A stretch of DNA of 64,000 nt from Candidatus Iainarchaeum sp. (GTDB lineage Archaea; Iainarchaeota; Iainarchaeia; Iainarchaeales; DTGL01): the NCBI GenBank assembly GCA_026413945.1, contig JAOAJX010000003.1:1-64000 (forward strand), written 5' to 3'. The notes under the pieces are model-generated. The model saw only the letters and a list, made by a program, of their open reading frames with translations, did no database searches and was not told where the DNA came from. A program made the translations under genes and the position numbers. Shown here one piece after another: positions 19,202 through 28,034 of the stretch. Position 1 is the stretch's first letter; the number at the start of each line of letters is the position of its first letter.

Positions 19202-19596
19202 ACCCTCACCTCCACTTTACTGCTTGGGTAATTCCAGAATATTGTTATGCTTCTTGTAGTGCCACTATCTATATGATATTTGTTAGAGTCAATTCCAGGC
19301 ATCTCTTTTGCAATCTCCGAAGCATCTACTGTTATTGGATTTTCAACTGTTATAGCATAGCAAGTATAATATTCCATTTTTGGTTTTGCATTCATTTCTT
19401 CATAACAGGACTTTAAGAGCTTGCCGATCTGCGAGTTTGTTATGCTTATTTGTTGAATGACTTTAGTATCTGTGCTTCTAGTCTGTGTCCATTGAAGTTC
19501 TAGTCCTGAAAGCCAACCTTGGCTTAATGCCAAAAGCATGGCACCTACTGCCAGAGCCACAAAAATTGTTATAATCACAGATATAGGAAGCTCCAT
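19198..19596 (-). CDS. Leaderless pilin-like protein
   Basis: Starts MELPISVIITIFVALAVG, like the mature N-terminus of its neighbour; an in-frame TGA lies two codons upstream. Confidence 0.68.
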   Translation of the reverse strand: MELPISVIITIFVALAVGAMLLALSQGWLSGLELQWTQTRSTDTKVIQQISITNSQIGKLLKSCYEEMNAKPKMEYYTCYAITVENPITVDASEIAKEMPGIDSNKYHIDSGTTRSITIFWNYPSSKVEVRV

Positions 19597-19724
19597 TTTT
19601 CAACCCTCGCTTATACCTTATTGCTATTTTTGTATTTAAATTTATCCTTAATCAAGGTTGTCAGGAAAAGCTCAAGAAAACATTTATATATGGGCAAGCA
19701 CTAAAGATAAGAATAGGGATTGTT

Positions 19725-20354
19725 ATGGACCCAAAGATTGAATCCGTTAAGAATAAGATTGGCGGTGTTGAAAGCTCTCTTGCAATTATATCGCAATCAA
19801 AGCAGAAAAATCTCTCAGAAGTAAATGCCAATCTGAACTTTCTAGTTGGACAACTCGAGAATTTGCGTGTTGAGCTTGATAATCTGGACAAGACAATAGT
19901 GCTTGGCTCACCGCTCACAGAATATAGTGAAAATGTTGAGAAACTCACCTCCATCGAAGAAACAATAAACAGCGTTGAATCAAAGTTCGAATTGGCAATT
20001 GAAAAAATAGCCGAAATCAGAAAGGATCAGGAAGTTCTGAAAAACCTTTTACAGGAAGGTATCTCCGAAAAACAGGTCCAACTTCTTGAATCAAGAATAA
20101 AAAATATTGAAGAGCTTCAAGAGAAACTCATGAGCTCAAAATCAACAAAAATACTTGTAGAGCTTGTGGAAATAATAGATGAGCTTAATCACAGATTAAA
20201 AAGAATAGAAGAGCTTTTCAAGATAGGCAAGATTTCAGAGGCACAAGTAACGCAATATTCACCTCAGTACTCACTGCCTTATCCACAGCAGCCAGTGCCA
20301 CAGCAACAGCCTTCAAAGCCAGTTGGTGGACTTAAATGGATTTTTAAGCGTTAA
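19725..20354 (+). CDS. Coiled-coil protein with Q/P-rich linker and basic amphipathic C-tail
   Basis: Heptad-like L/I/E/K pattern; ends PQQPVPQQQPSKPVGGLKWIFKR. Confidence 0.75.
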   Translation: MDPKIESVKNKIGGVESSLAIISQSKQKNLSEVNANLNFLVGQLENLRVELDNLDKTIVLGSPLTEYSENVEKLTSIEETINSVESKFELAIEKIAEIRKDQEVLKNLLQEGISEKQVQLLESRIKNIEELQEKLMSSKSTKILVELVEIIDELNHRLKRIEELFKIGKISEAQVTQYSPQYSLPYPQQPVPQQQPSKPVGGLKWIFKR

Positions 20355-20359
20355 AGTGA

Positions 20360-20944
20360 ATGAAAATGTCAGATGAGAAAGCAAGGGTAAAATTTTATAA
20401 TCCCAATATCGCAGACTTTGAGCATGTAAGGTTCGATGGCGACCCCATGGTTCTAGAGAAGTGCAGATACATAAGTGCCCAAGTTATTATGCAAAAAGCA
20501 AGGCTTGAAAAGTTAAGAAACGCAATAATCTCAGGAACATCATACTCTGCCATGGAAGTTGAATCTAAGATAAACGAACTTAGCAAGAGAGCAGAAATAC
20601 TTGCTTCAAAATCAAACCTAATATCAACTTCTATAGAAGAATTAGAAGCTGCTGAAAACGATCTAAAAAAACGTGCCTTGTCAGGTGAATTATTACAAAG
20701 GTATACTGCTGTCAGAGAGCAAATAATTCAAATTGAAAAAACATTTGGCGGCCTTGCATCAATACGCGCACCAGATCTCTTTGAATCCATGATGCACGAC
20801 CTTGAAAACATGAACGCAAGGGTAAGGAAAATTGAAGATATCGTGGGAGCAACCGTTGACATTGCTTTAAAAGACCGCTTGGAGCGTGCAAAGAGATATA
20901 TTGATTATTATGGCAAAGAGATTTCTGAAAGAGGTGCACCTTAA
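20360..20944 (+). CDS. Coiled-coil protein
   Basis: Heptad-like pattern; its stop overlaps the ATPase start (TAATG). Confidence 0.75.
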   Translation: MKMSDEKARVKFYNPNIADFEHVRFDGDPMVLEKCRYISAQVIMQKARLEKLRNAIISGTSYSAMEVESKINELSKRAEILASKSNLISTSIEELEAAENDLKKRALSGELLQRYTAVREQIIQIEKTFGGLASIRAPDLFESMMHDLENMNARVRKIEDIVGATVDIALKDRLERAKRYIDYYGKEISERGAP

Positions 20945-22608
20945 TGAAATATATTATCAAAGATTGTAGCAATTGCATAGGCCTCGGAGATAAAAGTTTT
21001 CCAATGTGTGCGCAATGTATCAAGCCACAGAAAGATCTAGAGTTGATAGTTTATAAAAACAAAATTTTTACAAAGCAACAATATCTCAAGGATAATTCTT
21101 ATGTCATATACCCATTTTTTGTTGATTGTCTAATAAAGCCAATTCGCGGCAAAGTGCTCAAGTCTTACAAGATAAAAGATGCGAATGTTAAAATAGTTCA
21201 AGAAGAAGAAAACTTAGAACCAACCTATACTATAACAATACCACATTTGGAGCCAAACATGGAACAGTTACTTTACCTTTATAGGGAATATGAGAGCCAC
21301 GAACTTAAAGATCCTCTTCTTGTGCGTTGGATAAAACAGCATGGCATTCTTGACTATCTTATGTGTGATCCTAAAGTGCAGGAGATAAATATAAACCCAC
21401 CGGAATTTCAAAGCCCTTTTAGAATTGTACATGATGATTTTGATGAGTGCAGGACAAATCTTTATCCTTCAATCGACTTCTTGAATTACCTTGCAACTTA
21501 TTTGAAAATAAACTCTGGTAGGCCTCTTAATAAGGCACAGCCACAGCTTGACGCAGAACTTATCGTTGAAAACCAACGCGCAAGGGTTGCTGCTGTAGTG
21601 CAGCCATTTTCAATTCATGGCATTGGCTATTCAATAAGGCGCCATAGGGAAAAGCCATGGACATTGCCTCTTTTCATAGCTAACAAAACCATAAGCCCAC
21701 TTTTCGCCGGTTTCATGTCATTCATGATCACACATGGAAGAACATTTCTAACAGCTGGGCCTCGTGGCTCCGGAAAAACTTCCTTGCTAAGCGCATGTAT
21801 GCTTGAAATACTTCCAAAGTATAGAATTATAACAATCGAAGATACGCAAGAGCTCCCGATCAACTTCTACAAAGAATATGGCTATGACATACTTTCTTTC
21901 AAGGTTCGCTCAGCATTATCACCTGAAGGCCTTGAGATACCTTTTGAGAAAGGTCTTAGAACATGCTTAAGATTAGGCAATTCATGCTTAATACTTGGCG
22001 AAGTTCGTTCGCAAGAAGCAAAAGTTCTTTACGAAGCGATGCGTGTTGGCGCAATGGCTAATACAGTGGCAGGAACAATACATGCAGACAATCCATATGG
22101 TGTTTTTGACCGTGTTGTTAATGACTTAGGTGTGCCAAAAGGCTCGTTCAAGGTCACAGACTTGATTATAATAATAAAGCAGATTAAATCTCCAACCGGT
22201 CTTTATCATGTTAGGCGTGTTACTCAGGTTGTTGAAGTGCTAAAAGACTGGCAAGATGAGCCAGTTTTCAGAACACTCATGACCTACGACAAAAAAGAAG
22301 ATTCTTTGGTTCCGACACAAGCATTGATTAAAGGAAATTCAGTTACGATTCAGAACATAATGGAAACAAGTATGGAATATGACTCTTATGATAAGGTTTG
22401 GCGCGATATCACGTTGAGAGCCTGGGCAAAGCAGCGCTTTGTTGAGACACTCTCCGTTTTCAAAGAAAAGCTTGAAGGCCCATATGTGCTCAAAGCAAAC
22501 AAATGGTTTGCTGAAGCATTTGAAAAAATAAAGCCATTGCAAAGTGAAGAAGCAGAAAATAAGTTTAAGGAAGAGTATGAGAAACGTCTGCAATTGCTTT
22601 GGAAGTGA
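20944..22608 (+). CDS. Type IV pilus/Tad-like secretion ATPase (second, divergent)
   Basis: Walker A GPRGSGKT, TIEDTQEL, LRLG..CLILGEVRS.EA and GTIHADNP; N-terminal CSNC...CAQC. Confidence 0.92.
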   Translation: MKYIIKDCSNCIGLGDKSFPMCAQCIKPQKDLELIVYKNKIFTKQQYLKDNSYVIYPFFVDCLIKPIRGKVLKSYKIKDANVKIVQEEENLEPTYTITIPHLEPNMEQLLYLYREYESHELKDPLLVRWIKQHGILDYLMCDPKVQEININPPEFQSPFRIVHDDFDECRTNLYPSIDFLNYLATYLKINSGRPLNKAQPQLDAELIVENQRARVAAVVQPFSIHGIGYSIRRHREKPWTLPLFIANKTISPLFAGFMSFMITHGRTFLTAGPRGSGKTSLLSACMLEILPKYRIITIEDTQELPINFYKEYGYDILSFKVRSALSPEGLEIPFEKGLRTCLRLGNSCLILGEVRSQEAKVLYEAMRVGAMANTVAGTIHADNPYGVFDRVVNDLGVPKGSFKVTDLIIIIKQIKSPTGLYHVRRVTQVVEVLKDWQDEPVFRTLMTYDKKEDSLVPTQALIKGNSVTIQNIMETSMEYDSYDKVWRDITLRAWAKQRFVETLSVFKEKLEGPYVLKANKWFAEAFEKIKPLQSEEAENKFKEEYEKRLQLLWK

Positions 22609-22630
22609 GTTTATTATAGGATGATTAGCA

Positions 22631-24523
22631 ATGTATTTTGATTTTGTTTATAATACTGGAAAGAAAATAAAAATTTTTCCTAAGTCCTCATCTCTTGAAA
22701 ATAAGTTCAAACAAGTCGAATTTCCGTATACTTCAGCGGAGTTTCTTTCAGGGATATTCATTTGGTTTATCATACCTGCTTTTGTTGGAATCTTCTTTTT
22801 TATCATCGGTGCAGCTTCAAAACTTTGGCTTTTTGAGCTTTTTGGATATATTTTCATTTTCACATCAGTTCTTCTTGCAATATCATCTTATCTTTATGGC
22901 GCAAGCATATACTACACCCAAGGCATCATACAACAAAAAGAAGAGATGCTACAAGCATTACTTGAGATGGCGAATTATATAAGCCTAAATACAAGCATAG
23001 AGTTTGCCTTTACTGAGACAGCAAAAGGCCTTACAGGAGTTCTCGGTAAGCAATTTAAGAACATAGTGACAAAATTAGAGCTTCAGCAGTATGCTACACT
23101 TGGTGATGCATTTGAGGATTACATTCCTGTATGGATGGAAATAAATCCCGATTTTGTAAAAGGCCTTACAATTCTTCAGACCGCAAGCTTGGCACCCCTA
23201 AGCGAAAGAGACAACATGCTGAAAGAAGGCATAAAGACAATAATGCAGGGTTATTACACGATGGGCAAGAGAACAACAGAAACGCTTTCAAATCAAGCAA
23301 AGAATCTAGTTTCAGTTGGAGTTATGCTGCCAATGATGTCATTAATACTTTTGCCAATGATGTCAATATTTTTGCCAAACATGATAAATGTCCCTTTGCT
23401 AATATTCATTTATGATATTCTTTGCCCCGCCTTGCTATTGCTGTTTGCAATGAACTTTGCTCTCAATCGTGTGCAAGTAAACACAATTGATTTGTCTTTG
23501 TCCCCTAAATTCAAAAAGATGCCGCAAACAATATACCTATTGTGTATATTGGTTGCGATTATTGTTACCGCATTTGGCTTTAGCCACCTTTTTACAATCG
23601 ACATGAGTTCAAAAGAAGGCATAGAAAGAGAATATAAACTTGAGAGTTTGCTGTATGTATGGCTAATTCCTCTCGGAATCTTTTTAGCAGTTGAGTTATA
23701 TCTTTTTTGTTATATCAAGCTCAATGAAAAAATATGGCTTGAAATGCGCGAAGTTGAAGATGATATACCACACCTTCTTCAGGTGGTTAGTAGTTACCTT
23801 GTCCTTAACAGACCTATGGAAAGCATAATCGAGGATGTAAAAGAAGATTACATTAGGCATGGCTTTAAGAGGCATGCTGTTGTTAAAATATTTAGTGAAA
23901 TAACTGATGCACTTTACAATACAAAGAAGACGCTTATTGATTTTGTAAACACTACTCTGCCAGAAATAGTTGCTTCGAAACGTCTCATCCAGATATTTAG
24001 GCGCTTAATACATTTCTCAGAAACAGATATAAAAAATGCAGCAAAGGCAGCAAAGATGATAAGAAGCCACACCCTTTCAATCTTCAGACTTGATAATTAT
24101 ATGCAGACGCTTCTGAGCGATACAAGTGCAACCATCGAATTATCAGGTAAAATACTCGCCCCAATACTCGCGGCAACCGCAATAATAATGGCAGTAGCAA
24201 TTGTGATGGCTTTGGAATATATAATAGGACTTATTGAAGGTGTTGGAAAAGCTTTTGGTATACAAATTTCTTTGCAGCTTGTTGATGTTTCAGCCATAAT
24301 ACCACCAACTGTTGTTTTGGTTATAGTTGGCATATACTTAATACTTACAATGATAGTTTTGAGCTTATTTCTCGCAAATGTTAAATATGGTACAGATCGC
24401 TACAAAATAGGTAAGACAATCTTCAATAATCTACTTGTCGGCTTTTTGATATTCAGTGCGCTTTTCTTTATTGGTGTTATGTTGTTTACAACCTTTATAT
24501 TTAAGGGGGTGCTTGTAAAATGA
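22631..24523 (+). CDS. Double-length TadC/FlaJ-like platform membrane protein
   Basis: Two blocks of TM helices, each followed by a soluble domain (EEMLQALLEMANYI..NTSIE and DDIPHLLQVVSSYL..NRPME); follows the ATPase. Confidence 0.8.
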   Translation: MYFDFVYNTGKKIKIFPKSSSLENKFKQVEFPYTSAEFLSGIFIWFIIPAFVGIFFFIIGAASKLWLFELFGYIFIFTSVLLAISSYLYGASIYYTQGIIQQKEEMLQALLEMANYISLNTSIEFAFTETAKGLTGVLGKQFKNIVTKLELQQYATLGDAFEDYIPVWMEINPDFVKGLTILQTASLAPLSERDNMLKEGIKTIMQGYYTMGKRTTETLSNQAKNLVSVGVMLPMMSLILLPMMSIFLPNMINVPLLIFIYDILCPALLLLFAMNFALNRVQVNTIDLSLSPKFKKMPQTIYLLCILVAIIVTAFGFSHLFTIDMSSKEGIEREYKLESLLYVWLIPLGIFLAVELYLFCYIKLNEKIWLEMREVEDDIPHLLQVVSSYLVLNRPMESIIEDVKEDYIRHGFKRHAVVKIFSEITDALYNTKKTLIDFVNTTLPEIVASKRLIQIFRRLIHFSETDIKNAAKAAKMIRSHTLSIFRLDNYMQTLLSDTSATIELSGKILAPILAATAIIMAVAIVMALEYIIGLIEGVGKAFGIQISLQLVDVSAIIPPTVVLVIVGIYLILTMIVLSLFLANVKYGTDRYKIGKTIFNNLLVGFLIFSALFFIGVMLFTTFIFKGVLVK

Positions 24524-24612
24524 GCAAGACAAGCTGGCAAATAATTGAGGTTATATTGGGCCTTGCCGCAATAGGTATCATACTTATGTATGTTTTTTCA
24601 GCATTGAAGTAG
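24520..24612 (+). CDS. 30-aa Flp-like micro-pilin, absent from the ORF track
   Basis: MSKTSWQIIEVILGLAAIGIILMYVFSALK*. ATG overlaps the platform-gene TGA (ATGA) and the ORF fills the gap to 24621. Confidence 0.62.
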   Translation: MSKTSWQIIEVILGLAAIGIILMYVFSALK

Positions 24613-24620
24613 GTGTTTTT

Positions 24621-25043
24621 ATGCAAGCGATAGAAGTTGTAATATTTTTTATTTTTGCCTTTTCAGTAGGTATGCTGGTGTTAGCATATATTGTGGGCAT
24701 TGATTTCACAGGTCTCCAAAAATCAATCACTTGCCTTTTCATACCTGATAGCTGCAAAGAAGCAATCCATAGCATTCAATATCAGCAGTTTTTCATTGAA
24801 ATTTCTAAATGCTGGAGATCATGTGCTTTCGGAGCCAGGGATGTCAATTGTGGGGTTTACAATGTAAAAACCGAAAAAGTAACGGGCGAAACATTTGACC
24901 TGAATGCTTTAAGAGCATACTTTAAAAAGAACAAGGTTTGTGAGGATTGCAACATACTTATAAAGAATGAGCCATTGGTTTTTCCAGCAATTGTTGAGCT
25001 TTCATGCTCAGATGACCTAAACAGCATATTTATTTCAAACTGA
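24621..25043 (+). CDS. Leaderless Cys-rich pilin-like protein
   Basis: MQAIEVVIFFIFAFSVGMLV (Glu at residue 5); CWRSC and CEDC; SD aggtg. Confidence 0.68.
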   Translation: MQAIEVVIFFIFAFSVGMLVLAYIVGIDFTGLQKSITCLFIPDSCKEAIHSIQYQQFFIEISKCWRSCAFGARDVNCGVYNVKTEKVTGETFDLNALRAYFKKNKVCEDCNILIKNEPLVFPAIVELSCSDDLNSIFISN

Positions 25044-25120
25044 AGCAAAAAAATCTCAGGCAAAGTATTAAATTTTAAAAATTCATTATAAAATATAAAA
25101 AAAATAGTTGCAGGGATATC

Positions 25121-25870
25121 ATGAATAAGAAAAAAAATATGCTTATTTTTCTCATAGCAGTGTTTTTAATTAGCCAGGCATATTCGGAGGATATAAAAGT
25201 AATAAGCGCCTCAATCTATTATGATGCCAATTGTGTGACTGTTAAACTAGTTGAGTTAAAGGCAATTTATGGTTATGTCAGTGCTGAAGAGTTTCCAGGT
25301 AATGCCACACTTTTTCTCTTGGCTGATAATGGGCAAGAACTTTATAAAGGTAGGTTTGGCTTTATAGAGCCAATGCTTGTAGTAAGCCCACCAAGGGCAG
25401 ATGTTGACCCTAAAGCAAATGTTAGCAGCGGAGTGATTTATGCAAACGATACGATAAAGCAAATATTCTTGCCCTACTTTGAACAAGCGTCTAAGATTAA
25501 AATTGTTTTTGATAGCAACAAGGAGTTTGTTTTTGATATAAAAGAGCGTCTCTGTAACAAAAATTCGATATGTGAAAAAGAAGAAAGCGCAATATCTTGT
25601 TCAGATTGCAAGCCAAATGAGAAAGATGATTTTTGTGTTTTTTATTCTGATGGCATATGCGATCCCGATTGCTTAATAGGTGTTGACTCTGATTGCCTAA
25701 AAACTACTCCTAAAAAAACTCCAACCATACAAGAGACACCAGCACAATCACCTAAAGTGCGCACTGATGAGCATAGCTATAGCTCGATAACAATTATATA
25801 CGTTTTTATAGCGGCATTAGTGCTAATAGTAGTTGCTGTGCTATATATAAAAAGAAAAAAGGGTGATTAG
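25121..25870 (+). CDS. Secreted Cys-rich protein with C-terminal TM anchor
   Basis: Sec-type signal (AYS|E), CNKNSICE...CSDC...DGICDPDC...DSDC module, P/T linker, TM helix and basic tail. Confidence 0.8.
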   Translation: MNKKKNMLIFLIAVFLISQAYSEDIKVISASIYYDANCVTVKLVELKAIYGYVSAEEFPGNATLFLLADNGQELYKGRFGFIEPMLVVSPPRADVDPKANVSSGVIYANDTIKQIFLPYFEQASKIKIVFDSNKEFVFDIKERLCNKNSICEKEESAISCSDCKPNEKDDFCVFYSDGICDPDCLIGVDSDCLKTTPKKTPTIQETPAQSPKVRTDEHSYSSITIIYVFIAALVLIVVAVLYIKRKKGD

Positions 25871-28034
25871 AATAGCCGACACCTCACAAGTGGTATCTGC
25901 TGCAATCGTAGTTGGACTTTTCTTTGTTGCACTTTTTGCCGTTGAAATAAGCAGATACCAACATGTTGCTCAACAGACAAAAGAAATGGAAACTTATTCT
26001 GAAGAAAAGCGCTTTGAAGAAAGCTTTGATGCTCTGCTTAAAATGACAGAGCCAAGGACAAAGGAAACTATAGGCGAGTTATTTGCAAACTGCGCTTACT
26101 ATGGCGCTGATGATAGAAACTATGGGGGAATAATTGTTAATTGCCGCGATGTGTTAGAAGAGCTTTTCGATAGCTTTTATGGGCGTGAAAATTATTACGC
26201 AAAAATTCCGCAGCACAGCAGTGAGATAACGAAGGGGATTGAAATTTACTTCATCGTTGATACTTCAAAAAGTATGACTGATGACATTAGCAAGATAGGT
26301 CAATCAGTTATTTACATAAAAAATAATTTTACAGGTGACGTTAACTTTCACATATATACACTTGCATCTGTAATGACTGTCCCACAGTGTTCAATGCCAA
26401 ATGTCGAATGCAAGGTAATTCCAGCTTCCGATCTAAGTGAGCTTTGCAAGCAGGCAGGAATACCACCAGAGCACTGTGTTCTTCAGGAAGCTTATGGTTT
26501 GGGGGTTGCATGGGTTGCTCAAAATATTCCAATTGATTCAAATAACATTCGCATTTTAATTCCGCTTTCTGATGAACTTTCTTGCTCTGACGAGTTTATA
26601 TCTCAAGGCACTTCTTATGGTGGTAAAGCTTATGCTGACAAGAGCATTGATTTTGGGATAAGTGTAGCAAAAAACCACAAAAACTTTTATGTTTATCCAA
26701 TCCTATGTGACCCCTTAAATGTTAACAACCCAGGTCAAATTCGACAAATTCACGATGAAAATGCAATAATTGAAGATATGAATAGGTTGGCAAATTCACT
26801 CAAAGGTGAGTTTATTGACTTTTCTAAGGGTTACTCGCAGGCGAAACTCGATATATTGCTTGAAAAAATAATTTTTGGCTCAACCACCAAGCGAGAAGGC
26901 CTTATCGAAATTGGTACAAAAAAAGAACGTGCTGAGCGCTACTCATATGACCGCACAGTAATAATGCCTAGCAAAAAACCAGCTCATTTTACATTATGGG
27001 TTTACAAAGAACGTGTTCCACATCAGATGAAGACTGTTGTTGTCAAGATGCCACCGATAGCCATAATAAATGCAGATCCCAGAGTTTTAGCTCAAGAGCC
27101 TTATACTACAACCCTTGATGGTTCAGCATCTTATGACCCAGATGGTGGCACAATAGTATCATATGAATGGGATTTAAATGGTAAAATTCTGAGTACACAA
27201 CCAAAATTTACACATACTTTTTCGGAGCCGGGGCAATATAAAATTAAGCTAACTGTTACAGATGACGAAGGGCAAAAGGGTTCTACAACCATTACAATAT
27301 TTGTTGGCAAAAAACCAACTTTTAATTTCATCTTTGTTCCGGTAAACTGGTCAGGTTCAAATGCAAGTTTCGAATCTACTGCGATGGCACATTTCAATTT
27401 CTTCGTTAAAGGCGCAAAACTCGATGATTGTAAGGATAATTACTCCATTATTATAATGTCTCCAGAATCTCATAATTGCCAGGTTTCGTTGCTAAACAAT
27501 TGCATGAGGGAAGGAATGCGCTTCGATGTCTTCAACCAAATTGTTAAATGCGTACAAAACGCTGGTTACAGTATAAATTGGACAAGCATGCGCATAGTCG
27601 CAATTACGAAAAGCGATATATGTTTCTATATTCCACATGCTGAATATGCAATAATTGGCTTTACTGAGTTTGGATCCTATCCTACAGTTTGCGAAGCTCG
27701 TTATAATGAATGTTCTGCTCATGAATTAGGTCATCAATTCTACTTTTGTGAGCAGTATTATCAGAATTCATGGCTGTCTCAGAATTCCCGGCTTTCTTCA
27801 ATAGGGGGATGCAAAAACAAATATCCTGATGGTACAAACCATTGTCAACAATATGGTTCTCTTACAACAAATTGTCCTGAATATCTTGGCAGAATACCTG
27901 ATTGTCTAGGTAGGAAAATACCTGTTGGTGGCTCGGTTGGAAGGAGCCTAATGGGTCCAGGCGGTATCTCAGCACCAAGGCTCTTTGACTGCTTTGAAGA
28001 ACCAGTTATAAGGAGTGCATTGAAATGTCAGTAA
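25863..28034 (+). CDS. Membrane-anchored VWA + PKD + HExxH zinc metallopeptidase fusion
   Basis: N-terminal TM; MIDAS IVDTSKSM and LSDE; PKD LDGSASYDPDG..YEWD..PGQYKIKLTVTDDEG; HELGHQFYFCE; later SLMG. Confidence 0.8.
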   Translation: MIRIADTSQVVSAAIVVGLFFVALFAVEISRYQHVAQQTKEMETYSEEKRFEESFDALLKMTEPRTKETIGELFANCAYYGADDRNYGGIIVNCRDVLEELFDSFYGRENYYAKIPQHSSEITKGIEIYFIVDTSKSMTDDISKIGQSVIYIKNNFTGDVNFHIYTLASVMTVPQCSMPNVECKVIPASDLSELCKQAGIPPEHCVLQEAYGLGVAWVAQNIPIDSNNIRILIPLSDELSCSDEFISQGTSYGGKAYADKSIDFGISVAKNHKNFYVYPILCDPLNVNNPGQIRQIHDENAIIEDMNRLANSLKGEFIDFSKGYSQAKLDILLEKIIFGSTTKREGLIEIGTKKERAERYSYDRTVIMPSKKPAHFTLWVYKERVPHQMKTVVVKMPPIAIINADPRVLAQEPYTTTLDGSASYDPDGGTIVSYEWDLNGKILSTQPKFTHTFSEPGQYKIKLTVTDDEGQKGSTTITIFVGKKPTFNFIFVPVNWSGSNASFESTAMAHFNFFVKGAKLDDCKDNYSIIIMSPESHNCQVSLLNNCMREGMRFDVFNQIVKCVQNAGYSINWTSMRIVAITKSDICFYIPHAEYAIIGFTEFGSYPTVCEARYNECSAHELGHQFYFCEQYYQNSWLSQNSRLSSIGGCKNKYPDGTNHCQQYGSLTTNCPEYLGRIPDCLGRKIPVGGSVGRSLMGPGGISAPRLFDCFEEPVIRSALKCQ

